A DNA stretch of 64,000 bases from Alloacidobacterium sp. (GTDB lineage Bacteria > Acidobacteriota > Terriglobia > Terriglobales > Acidobacteriaceae), in contig DATHQH010000061.1 of NCBI GenBank assembly GCA_035482895.1, positions 96 through 64,095 of the forward strand, written 5' to 3'. Position 1 is the stretch's first letter; each line of letters opens with the position of its first letter. The notes beneath the pieces were generated by a model. The model was not told the DNA's origin, made no database searches, and worked only from the letters and a program-made list of their open reading frames with translations. The translations under genes and the position numbers were made by a program. Of this stretch, positions 16,101-23,478 are shown piece by piece.

Positions 16101-18533
16101 GTGATCGGCATCCCGATGGCGGGGCAGTCGAAAATAAACAACGGATCGACGCTTGTTGGACACTGCGTCAACTTCCTGCCGATTCGCAGCCGACTGTTGG
16201 CAGATCAAACGCTTGCTGACTTTCTGAAGCAAACACGCAAGATGCTACTCGATGCCTATGATCATCAGGACTATACATATGGCACGCTGCTACACAAACT
16301 CAAACTGCCACGCGATCCCTCTCGTCCAGGGCTGATTGAAGTTCAGGCGAATGTAGAACAGGTAGGGGCAAGTCTTTCTTTCGATGGGCTATCAGCCGAT
16401 CTTCGCTCCAACGGAAAAAAACATGTCAACATGGATCTGTTCTTCAACTTCGTCGACCGTGGCGCCGAGCTTTGGTTGGAGTGCGACTATAATACTGGCC
16501 TTTTTGACAGTGCAACGATTGACCGCTGGTTCGGGCACCTAAACGCCATACTGCAGGCGTTTGCTCAGGATCTGACACAACCCTGCACTGACGTTTCACT
16601 GTTGACACGGATGCAACAGCAGGAAATTCTTGTTGACTGGAATCGAACATCTACGGACTATCCTCGTAACAATTCCATCCATCGAATCTTTGAACAACAG
16701 GTCATTCAAACACCTGACTCGATTGCACTGATCGCAGGCAAACACAACCTAACCTATGCGGAGATCAACGAAAAAGCCAATCAGCTCGCTCACTATCTCA
16801 TCCGCGCAGGCATCCGGCCTGGCGCGCGCGTGGCGCTCTGCGCAGATCGCTCAGCGGAAGTCATCGTAAGCCTGCTGGCTATACTTAAAACTGGGGCTGC
16901 CTACGTCCCGATCGATCCGAGTTACCCGGCGCAGCGCCTTATATATCTCATCAGCGACTCGGCAGCAAAGATACTGCTCACACGTAGCACGATCGCTGAC
17001 AAGCTGCCGCAACTCGATACGAACGTCCTTTTGCTGGATCAGGAGTGGCCGACAATCGCTCTTGAAAGCAGCTCTAATCTTTCTCATGATGGCCACGCAG
17101 AAGATCTCGCGTACGTCATGTACACCTCCGGCTCTACGGGAAATCCAAAAGGTGTTCTGGTGCCGCATCGCGCGATTGCTCGCCTGGTCAAAAACAATTC
17201 TTTTGCCAGCTTTAGCGCAGATGAGGTGTTTCTGCAGCTCGCACCTCTATCATTCGACGCAGCCACTTTTGAAATCTGGGGAGCATTCCTCAATGGTGGA
17301 CGCCTGGTATTGGCCACTGGCGAACGGATAACACCGGAAGACATTGGACTCCATATCAAGGAGCATGGCGTTACAACGCTTTGGCTTACCGCCGCGCTAT
17401 TCCATCTCATCGCCACAGAGCACATCGAAATTTTGCGTCCGTTGCGTCAATTGCTTGCCGGCGGTGACGTACTGTCTCTCACCCATGTGCGCCGTGTCTG
17501 TGAGCAACTGCCTCACTTAAAGCTCATCAATGGATATGGGCCGACGGAAAACACCACGTTCACTTGCTGTCACACCGTTACGCTTGAAAGTACTACCGCG
17601 GGCACTGTGCCAATTGGAAGACCTATTGCAAATACCCGCATATATATTCTCGATTCGAATATGCGGCCAGTACCTCCAGGCGCGACCGGAGAGCTGTATG
17701 CTGCAGGCGATGGACTTGCCTTGGGTTATTTGAATGCTTCAGAACTAACCGCAGCAAAGTTCATCGACCACATATTCACCAATGACTGCTCAGAGCGCCT
17801 CTATCGCACCGGAGACCTTGCCCGATATCGCGCAGACGGCACAATCGAATTTCTTGGCCGCATGGATACACAAGTCAAGATTCGCGGCTATCGCATTGAG
17901 TTGGCCGAAATTGAATATGCGCTCGAACAGTCTCCCAAAGTGCGTTCTGCCGTAGTCGCTGTACGCACGGACTGGGTTACGCCGAATGACACTCCGGGCG
18001 ATAAGCGGCTGGTGGCATATGTCATTCCAGAACAGCCCGGAGACAATAACTCCCTGATGCAGGAACTTCGGCAATATTTGCTGGAGCGTCTGCCGGAATA
18101 TATGCGCCCAGCGGCGATGATGGTTCTGGAAAGCTTTCCGCGGACAGTGAATGGCAAGATCGACCGACGCGCTTTGCCTGCTCCCGTTCCTGAACAACTG
18201 CTGCGCAAAAGGACAATCGTCTACCCACGTAATCAGAATGAAGAAATTCTAGCGGGCATTTGGACGAAAACGCTTGCGTTGAAAGAAGTCGGCGTGGAAG
18301 ACAGCATCTTTGAGCTGGGAGGAGATTCCCTTCTCATCTTCCGCATCACTGCACTTGCCAATCAGGCAGGGCTGAAAGTAAATGCACGACACTTCTTTCA
18401 GCATCGAACAATTGCCGGCATCTGCTCACAACTGGAAGAAACCGCGACGATCTCAGTCAAAGCTAATGCAGTTGCGCCGATCCAAGCAATCCCACGCTCG
18501 CAGTACCGCCAAAAGCTTCAATCACTTAAGTAA
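10158..18533 (+). CDS. Hybrid type I PKS / NRPS: T(PCP-like)-KS-AT-ACP-aminotransferase(class III)-C-A-T
   Basis: Motifs read from the translation:
- Carrier FFEMGGTSL, Ser codon 10338-10340.
- KS: IAIIGMTGRFPG, TACSTS (Cys 11055-11057), EAHGTATPLGDP, NVGHLD.
- AT: GQGVQ, GHSIGE (Ser 12393-12395), HAFH (malonyl type).
- ACP: LGFDSLFL (Ser 13377-13379).
- PLP aminotransferase: NTGSEAVMGAMRLAR, FDEVVTGFR, YGKVVAGG (Lys 14721-14723).
- C: HHIIFDGWS (15696..).
- A: YTSGSTGNPKGV, NGYGPTE, GELYAAGDGLALGY, YRTGDLARY, GRMDTQVKIRGYRIELAEIE, NGKIDR.
- PCP: FELGGDSLL.
The start is uncertain. The track ORF begins at 9975, overlapping the upstream gene by 83 nt; 10158 is the first downstream ATG. Confidence 0.93.
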   Translation: MHKENKLNSNSARQFDAKQYNHSNSEQKAALEVSIAKLWQELLGLPSVGLEDNFFEMGGTSLIATVLLTKLNQALNLSLPIAAVFEYPTVRAMTEFLSDKDNFGVEEIVQSTPRKQIDKSNTSSAIAIIGMTGRFPGAESVEDFWANLCNGVESISFFDQEELESQERFTGLAPNYVAARPILQNTAMFDADFFGIYPKEAEQMDPQHRVFLECAWEVLERAGYDPAHTKDAVGVFAGCSMNTYFMHNLAANRSFLETFTGGYQVGSYVTMLGNDKDFLPTRVSYKLNLRGPSINVQTACSTSLVAVCQACQSLLTDGCDMALAGAVSITFPERRGYIPQEGGIVSEDGHCRPFDHRATGTVFGSGAAILLLKRLDDAIADGDQVLAVIRGFALNNDGSNKVGYTAPSVEGQSQVILRAQQMAGVTADSISYIEAHGTATPLGDPIEVAALAKAFSKSTHARQFCSIGTAKANVGHLDVAAGATGLIKTVLQIENRTIPKLLHFEKPNPHLDLNNTPFKVAQNTQPWKTDSLPLRAGVSAFGMGGTNAHVIVEEAPVPTLSDQGRAHQLLLCSAKTPTALTTMTNDLAHFFATQSDVNLADAAYTLQTGRSRHKHRSALVASSAEEVSEALKKQSSEILREDTPLENPSIVFCFPGQGVQAVNMGRKLYESEPVFRQVMDECNTILRPLLGENLLDLLYSSETATDAAARLNETAYAQPAIFAFEYALAQLWLSWGICPDAMVGHSIGEYVAMCIAGVFSLEDALRLIAVRGRFMQKMPRGSMLSVRASQERVVALIGNDLDLAAVNGPQLCVVSGPDDAIAAFAAKLDGQGIVHRKLATSHAFHSRMVDPALAPFAEFVRGIVFGAPTIPCVSTLTGKWITGQEVAHPEYWTRQLRSTVRFADAIRELARTPERIFLEVGPAETLVQLIRPTMNEKSTVKANAHIALASLPSVRDGVSEDKAILNTLGRLWLSGATPDWNTFHAGYMRKRILLPTYPFERKRFWVAPPRIPTLPPTTYAVTAPVEEEQHPMTTPVANGSAMLNELQLLITDLSGIDLAGADPESSFLELGFDSLFLTQLTQAIQGKYRLKLTFRQIMENYPTLRALTAHLEANVTPELRTAAPSNVAPPAQIAATTSVPALLAAAAPLITPTGTMEALFTAQMQALTGLFQQQLAILGASQLDSAPASLSIQTKTQQVVPSKAISPATTATTAASSPTFDDKPTKPVFTPFKPLQLSDDNKLNAVQEKYLSDFIHHYNQRSSRSKKFTQEHRKVFADGRVVSGFNAQIKDLIYPLVVDRAKGSYLWDKDGNRYIDILNGYGAILFGHSPDFLVDAVHKQLDLGFAIGPQTELAGECAGLVHDLTGMERVTFCNTGSEAVMGAMRLARTVTGRNLIVLFSGDYHGSFDEVLVKAVGGHRSMPVAPGIPRESVANILVLDYGTPESLEIIRQRAHELAAVLVEPVQSRHPDLRPAEFLKEVRRITQQNGTALIFDEVVTGFRTHPGGMQAVYGIQADLATYGKVVAGGLPVGVLAGSSAFMDALDGGMWQYGDSSFPEAGVTFYAGTFMRHPLALAGVRACLQHIKKEGHGLQERLATKTASLVHDIQGMLKDFSHPSSIETYSSWFYLPAATDPFLTRMLHFHLREQGVHIQEGFPCFLTTAHSDADFDFVREAFHSSLRAMRAGQALPQPTGTLSTLEEPAAAQSASLETATRSIPITEAQREILLGAQLGDDANCSFNESTSLALKGKLNERALISGLEQLVQRHDSLRLNFDMGSETAVVAPSAAIKVERHDLSQLSAKERAAQHQALIDQESSTPFDLVHGPLFRIHLIRLAADEHVVLFTAHHIIFDGWSTNVFFNELSDLYNATVNGHKTNLPIPITFTQFAIDQREHVANDNCRTTETFWMEQFDTTPLPLQIPTDRPRTTVRSHEGATNRYVFDSELFQAVRKAGARQGSTLFATLLAAFAQLIHRLSEQDDVVIGIPMAGQSKINNGSTLVGHCVNFLPIRSRLLADQTLADFLKQTRKMLLDAYDHQDYTYGTLLHKLKLPRDPSRPGLIEVQANVEQVGASLSFDGLSADLRSNGKKHVNMDLFFNFVDRGAELWLECDYNTGLFDSATIDRWFGHLNAILQAFAQDLTQPCTDVSLLTRMQQQEILVDWNRTSTDYPRNNSIHRIFEQQVIQTPDSIALIAGKHNLTYAEINEKANQLAHYLIRAGIRPGARVALCADRSAEVIVSLLAILKTGAAYVPIDPSYPAQRLIYLISDSAAKILLTRSTIADKLPQLDTNVLLLDQEWPTIALESSSNLSHDGHAEDLAYVMYTSGSTGNPKGVLVPHRAIARLVKNNSFASFSADEVFLQLAPLSFDAATFEIWGAFLNGGRLVLATGERITPEDIGLHIKEHGVTTLWLTAALFHLIATEHIEILRPLRQLLAGGDVLSLTHVRRVCEQLPHLKLINGYGPTENTTFTCCHTVTLESTTAGTVPIGRPIANTRIYILDSNMRPVPPGATGELYAAGDGLALGYLNASELTAAKFIDHIFTNDCSERLYRTGDLARYRADGTIEFLGRMDTQVKIRGYRIELAEIEYALEQSPKVRSAVVAVRTDWVTPNDTPGDKRLVAYVIPEQPGDNNSLMQELRQYLLERLPEYMRPAAMMVLESFPRTVNGKIDRRALPAPVPEQLLRKRTIVYPRNQNEEILAGIWTKTLALKEVGVEDSIFELGGDSLLIFRITALANQAGLKVNARHFFQHRTIAGICSQLEETATISVKANAVAPIQAIPRSQYRQKLQSLK

Positions 18534-18538
18534 GCAAC

Positions 18539-21500
18539 ATGGACCGACAATTGATGTCCGCTGATCATGAAGAGCTCACTCCAAAGGCTGGACCCATGAC
18601 CCTACCCGTGCAAGATGCTTCAGCAGAAATACCACAAAAAACTGAGGATGTGTATCTCTTCCCCGCTAGCTTGGAGCAGCATCGTTACTGGATTTTAGAT
18701 CAGGTCGACCAGGCTTCTACGGCTTCCAACATGGCCATCACTTTTCGCCTTGTTGGAGAGATAGATGACATATTGGCGGAGAAAAGTATTTGTGCGCTTA
18801 CTTTGCGTCACGAAGCGCTACGCACAACATTCAGAATGATCGATGGTGCTCTCAATCAGGTCATCTCAGAAGAGCCGCTCTATCATTTTTCTGTATCCGA
18901 TCTCAGGATTCTTCCCAAAGAAGAGCGCTCAGAACAGGCGGAGAAGATCATTCGTGAGCATAGTCATGTCGCGATGAATCTGGCTACGGGGCCGCTCTTC
19001 TTCGCGCGTCTTATTCACGTAAGCGATCAGGATCACTTTCTCGCCTGCACCATGCACCATATTGTGTGTGACGGGTGGTCGAATGGAATCCTCGTACGCG
19101 ACTTCGCGGAATTCTACTCCGCATACTCGCAGGATCGTTCGCCCGAACTCGCCGAACTTCCTTTCCAATTTGCCGACTTCACCATTTGGCAAAAAGAATG
19201 GCTGGCCAGCGAAGCGGCCGAAGATGCATTGAATTTTTGGAGAGAACAGATACGGCGTGAGATACCTGCTGTCGATCTGCCTACGGATTATCCGAGAAAT
19301 GCCCGCAAGGATGGTCCAGGCGATATCGAATCCCAGTTGATGCCCCCACCTCTGAACGAGCGGTTGAAAAGGTTTTGCCGCGAGCGGGGGACGACAAACC
19401 ACCAGGTTCTACTGGCCGTTTTTCAATGCCTTATTTCACGCTACACCAGCCAGGAGCAATTTCTACTCGGCTCAAGTATTGCAAACCGCACTCAGGCGGG
19501 AATGGATCATGTGGTAGGCCGCTTTGCGAATCCTCAGGTCATCCTCGCAGACGTTTCCGGCAATCCAGGTTTTGATGAGTTGCTCCATCGCGTAGTTGAG
19601 TGGACAACCTCTGCCTACGCGCATCAGGATTTGCCTTTTTCGCGTCTTATGGAAGAGTTTCAGCTTGATCAGAGTGGCGCAACATCGCAGTTTTTACAGA
19701 TCTACTTTGTTTATCAGAAAGCCTTCATGCAGCCCCAGAATGCTGGGGCATTGCAAGTTGCTCCCCGTCCTTCCGTGAGCGGCGGCGTCAATTTCGATCT
19801 TTTAGTCAGCATTGTGGAGCGCGCTGAAGGCCCAAGGATGCAGATCGAGTACAACACCGATCTTTTCAAACGAGAGCGCATACGGAAGTTTATTCAGCAA
19901 TACATTCGTGTACTCGCTTCTGTTCTGGATGCGCCGGCTTTGAAGATTTCTCAGTTACCCCTTCTTTCATCCGACGAAGAACTGGCCCTGCGTCGAGCCG
20001 GAAGCGGTCCTTCCCTGTCCCGCATTTATTCTTCCTCCCTTGTCGAAGCATTTGATAGACATGCGTCGGCTTTCGGAACGGCCACTGCTGTCATTGCCGG
20101 CGATGCGCGCACTTCATGGAAAGCCCTTGCTGACAAAAGCATTCAGTTTGCATATGCGCTCCAGAACCTGAATATTGAACAAGGCCAAATCGTCGCACTG
20201 CGCATGGAACCCAACTCGGATGCGGCAGCGGCGGCACTTGCAATCTTGCGTATCGGCGCAGTTGCTTTACCGATTCCGGGCTCGACAAGTGCCGACGAGT
20301 GGAAGCGCATGCTTGCCCAACTGGAACCAGCGGCTGTTTTGGCCGGGTCTGAGTTCTCAAGTGATCTTTCATCACTTATTAGCTTCGAAAAATTGAGTAA
20401 ATTGGCACGTCCCCACGGCGATCTACCATCTATTCTCGCCGGGGCTCCTGCATGGTGCGGATTAAGTCTCGACAAGGCTGGCCAGTACCAGACACATATC
20501 GCTACACACGAACAAACCGCTGCCTCTCTGGCTGGTGCTGCCCAGGCGCTTCATCTTACCGCAGGCGATGCTATCGCAATTAGAGCCGCTTCTACGTCAA
20601 CGGATGCGTGGGTTGATTTACTGCTTCCGTTAACCAGCGGAGCAAGCATCTTGCATTTGCATAACGCGACCGACGCTCAACTACAGGCTATTCTTGTCCG
20701 CGAACAAATCAGCTTTGCATGTGCTACCCCCGGGGAATGGCTTGCACTACTTGACAGCGGTTGGTGTGGCGACCGCAGATTGCAGATGATCTGCCGTGGA
20801 GATCGTCTTCCTTCTACGGTGAGCAAACGCTTTGTTCCACTAGGACGTGTCTGGTCACTTATCTCATCCGCCCTGGCCGGCGGTCCCATAAGCGTGGCGT
20901 CACTCGATAAAGAATCCCCGTGTAAGAATCCGGCTAGCCCGCTACCTGGACAGGCATTTACAGTCATTGATGCGTGGGACAACCCTGTCCCTGAAGGCGT
21001 CATTGGCGAGCTGGTGCTGTCGAATGCCGAGACATCGACCAAGACAGGACTTTTGGCTCAATACCCTCTCGGCGGCAGTTTTGAGGTTGTCGACCAAGTG
21101 CGGAATCGGGTACGCCTGCATGGATACCGTTTACGCCTGGGTGAGATTGAAGATCGTCTCATCGCATGCCACGGAGTGGGATATGCGAAGGCAGCAATTC
21201 AGAATGATTCCAGAGAAAGCCTAGCATTAGTTGCTTATATTGCAGGGACGAATGGAACATCTCCTGATGTTGGCGAAGTGAGCCGGCTCCTTCGTTCTTC
21301 CGCTCCCGGCCATCTTGCTTGTGCAGAACTTTTATCAGTAGACAACATTGTTCTCCGCCCGGACGGATCGCCTGACGCTAACTCACTTTCCCAATTTAAT
21401 GTGACCACAACTGATCTGACGAATAGCGAGGATTACATTCCCCCAAGGGATGAGATTGAATCAAGACTTGTCGAAATCTGGGAAGATGTTCTCGGCGTCA

Positions 21501-22510
21501 AGGGTATAGGCATACGAAATAGCTTTTTCACGCTTGGCGGCTATTCGTTAATGATCGTGCGTCTGTTTGCCCGCATCAATAAGGCAATGAATGCTTCTTT
21601 GCCCATTACTACTATTTTTAATGCTCCGACCGTCGAGCAACTGGCGGACATTCTGAGGGGTCGTCGCGCTTACTCTTCCATTGTTCCCGTAAGAACAGAA
21701 GGCACCAAGCCGCCGTTTTTTATGATCCTTTCGTATCTTCTTTATGGATCGCTGCCGGATGCGATTGGGAGTGAATATCCCTTTTATGGATTAAGAGAAT
21801 TGGACGGCGAAAAAACCACGACACCGGAATTGCGGGCGGCCGCATATGTCAAGGCGATTCGCTCCATTCAGCCGCGCGGTCCCTATTACCTGGGCGGGTG
21901 GTGCGCGGCAGGGCCACTTACGATCGAGGTTGGCCGTCAGCTCATGGAAAGTGGACAACAGGTCGGTCTCGTCACCCTGTTTGACTCATGGCACCCTGGA
22001 TATGCGGAGAGACTGAAACAAGAACAAAAAACAGCCGGGATCTCCACACTCAGCGCGAAGCTGCGTCACAGATATATCTTCCACCGCGATAAAATGCGGA
22101 ACCAGACAGCTGCGGGCGGACTTGGTTACCTTCACACTGTTGCCGTGAATAAACTTCGCTCGATGCGTGATGCTGTTTACTTAAAACACTGGTCTGCCAC
22201 AACAAAGGCCTTCAAAACTCTTGGGTTTCCGCTGCCGGACTTTATGCACAACCTCACAGAAACAACGCTTTTATCGCTTCAACGGTACGAACCTCGGCCA
22301 TTTCGCGGCAACGTTATGCTAATGCGCGCGATGAAGGCTCCAAATCTTCCCGGAGCCGACGCCACGTGCGGGTGGAACAAAATAGTCGAAGGAGCCATCG
22401 ATGTCCGATGGGTGCCGGGGGATCACGAAACCATGTTCCTTGAGCCTAATTTAGAGGCCGTTGGCAAGAACCTCCGAGAAAGCCTTGAACAAGCACAGCA
22501 AAGGCTCTGA
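18539..22510 (+). CDS. NRPS termination module: C - degenerate A-like domain - T - thioesterase
   Basis: The C domain has LEQHRYWILDQ and MHHIVCDGWS. The A-like region keeps A4- and A8-like segments (TSGASILHL, VRLHGYRLRLGEIE) but lacks the A3 P-loop, the A5, the A7 Asp and the A10 Lys. PCP is FFTLGGYSLM (Ser 21545-21547). The TE has GGWCAAG (Cys 21902-21904) and GDHETMF. It begins 5 nt after the upstream stop. Confidence 0.9.
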   Translation: MDRQLMSADHEELTPKAGPMTLPVQDASAEIPQKTEDVYLFPASLEQHRYWILDQVDQASTASNMAITFRLVGEIDDILAEKSICALTLRHEALRTTFRMIDGALNQVISEEPLYHFSVSDLRILPKEERSEQAEKIIREHSHVAMNLATGPLFFARLIHVSDQDHFLACTMHHIVCDGWSNGILVRDFAEFYSAYSQDRSPELAELPFQFADFTIWQKEWLASEAAEDALNFWREQIRREIPAVDLPTDYPRNARKDGPGDIESQLMPPPLNERLKRFCRERGTTNHQVLLAVFQCLISRYTSQEQFLLGSSIANRTQAGMDHVVGRFANPQVILADVSGNPGFDELLHRVVEWTTSAYAHQDLPFSRLMEEFQLDQSGATSQFLQIYFVYQKAFMQPQNAGALQVAPRPSVSGGVNFDLLVSIVERAEGPRMQIEYNTDLFKRERIRKFIQQYIRVLASVLDAPALKISQLPLLSSDEELALRRAGSGPSLSRIYSSSLVEAFDRHASAFGTATAVIAGDARTSWKALADKSIQFAYALQNLNIEQGQIVALRMEPNSDAAAAALAILRIGAVALPIPGSTSADEWKRMLAQLEPAAVLAGSEFSSDLSSLISFEKLSKLARPHGDLPSILAGAPAWCGLSLDKAGQYQTHIATHEQTAASLAGAAQALHLTAGDAIAIRAASTSTDAWVDLLLPLTSGASILHLHNATDAQLQAILVREQISFACATPGEWLALLDSGWCGDRRLQMICRGDRLPSTVSKRFVPLGRVWSLISSALAGGPISVASLDKESPCKNPASPLPGQAFTVIDAWDNPVPEGVIGELVLSNAETSTKTGLLAQYPLGGSFEVVDQVRNRVRLHGYRLRLGEIEDRLIACHGVGYAKAAIQNDSRESLALVAYIAGTNGTSPDVGEVSRLLRSSAPGHLACAELLSVDNIVLRPDGSPDANSLSQFNVTTTDLTNSEDYIPPRDEIESRLVEIWEDVLGVKGIGIRNSFFTLGGYSLMIVRLFARINKAMNASLPITTIFNAPTVEQLADILRGRRAYSSIVPVRTEGTKPPFFMILSYLLYGSLPDAIGSEYPFYGLRELDGEKTTTPELRAAAYVKAIRSIQPRGPYYLGGWCAAGPLTIEVGRQLMESGQQVGLVTLFDSWHPGYAERLKQEQKTAGISTLSAKLRHRYIFHRDKMRNQTAAGGLGYLHTVAVNKLRSMRDAVYLKHWSATTKAFKTLGFPLPDFMHNLTETTLLSLQRYEPRPFRGNVMLMRAMKAPNLPGADATCGWNKIVEGAIDVRWVPGDHETMFLEPNLEAVGKNLRESLEQAQQRL

Positions 22511-22534
22511 AACACGGATTTCGAAAGAACATGT

Positions 22535-23359
22535 ATGTTAAAAACACCTCTTGAGAGTCGTGCGAAATGCATCCCAGAATGCGGGCAAAAAAATGCTTAC
22601 GCTCATAACGCGCCGCAACTTTCCGCATCTCTCGGACCCGCGCCTGAATTGACAGAGGGCCATATTCACGTATGGACAGTTTGCAGACTTCCCGGGAGCC
22701 CTTCGAGTTATTTACCGCTTTTGAGCAAAGAAGAATTCGACCGTGCATCGGTCATGCGCTCTCCGGAACTGTTTCATCGATTTGTTGCTGACCATGGCAC
22801 GCTTCGCCTGCTTTTGAGTGCTTATCTTGAAGCAGACCCACAAACGCTTCCACTAGTAGTCGACCATTATGGCAAGCCTGCCCTGAATATTCCGCGTTGC
22901 CGTCTGCGCTTTAACATGTCACATTCAGGCAAGCTTACGATGATTGCTCTTTGCCTCGATTCTGAAATAGGGATCGACGTCGAAGCGATTCGTCCCATTG
23001 TTGAATGGGAAGACATTGCAGCCACGCATTTCTCATCGCATGAGAGAGAGTCTCTTCAAGCGGAAGATCCTAAAGGGCGAGAAAGCGCATTCTTTCGGTG
23101 CTGGACGCGAAAGGAAGCTGTTATCAAGGCCGTTGGAATGGGGCTCTCTATACCTCTCGACAGTTTCACCGTCAATACGTCTCTGACGGAGCCCGCAGCT
23201 TTATTGCACTGTGCATGGGATCCAGAGGCAATTTCGCGCTGGTCTTTAGTTCACCTGGAACCTGCGACCGGCCACGTCGGAGCGCTTGCTGTCCAAGGCG
23301 CAAATTTGTCTGTACAGCAGTTCAACTGGCCATCGGAATACACCGAGAATTATTCCTGA
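22535..23359 (+). CDS. 4'-phosphopantetheinyl transferase (Sfp type)
   Basis: FNMSHSGKLTMIAL, GIDVE and FFRCWTRKEAVIKAVG are hallmarks of PPTase family II. The gene lies 24 nt downstream of the NRPS. Confidence 0.85.
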   Translation: MLKTPLESRAKCIPECGQKNAYAHNAPQLSASLGPAPELTEGHIHVWTVCRLPGSPSSYLPLLSKEEFDRASVMRSPELFHRFVADHGTLRLLLSAYLEADPQTLPLVVDHYGKPALNIPRCRLRFNMSHSGKLTMIALCLDSEIGIDVEAIRPIVEWEDIAATHFSSHERESLQAEDPKGRESAFFRCWTRKEAVIKAVGMGLSIPLDSFTVNTSLTEPAALLHCAWDPEAISRWSLVHLEPATGHVGALAVQGANLSVQQFNWPSEYTENYS

Positions 23360-23478
23360 TGCCACGGTCCCACTCGTGCTCTGTGATAGGTATCACGCGA
23401 CACAACCTGTAATCAGATACATATCTATAGTTTGGACTCATAACGCAATGCAGCTAGCTCGTTGAAGCTGTTCCTATC

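Noticed and set aside
23434-23446. Sigma-54-like TTGGAC...GCA motif upstream of the wzy-like gene
   Set aside because: The GG-to-GC spacing is 9 nt rather than 10, and the -24 element is TGGAC rather than TGGCAC. It is too weak to call.
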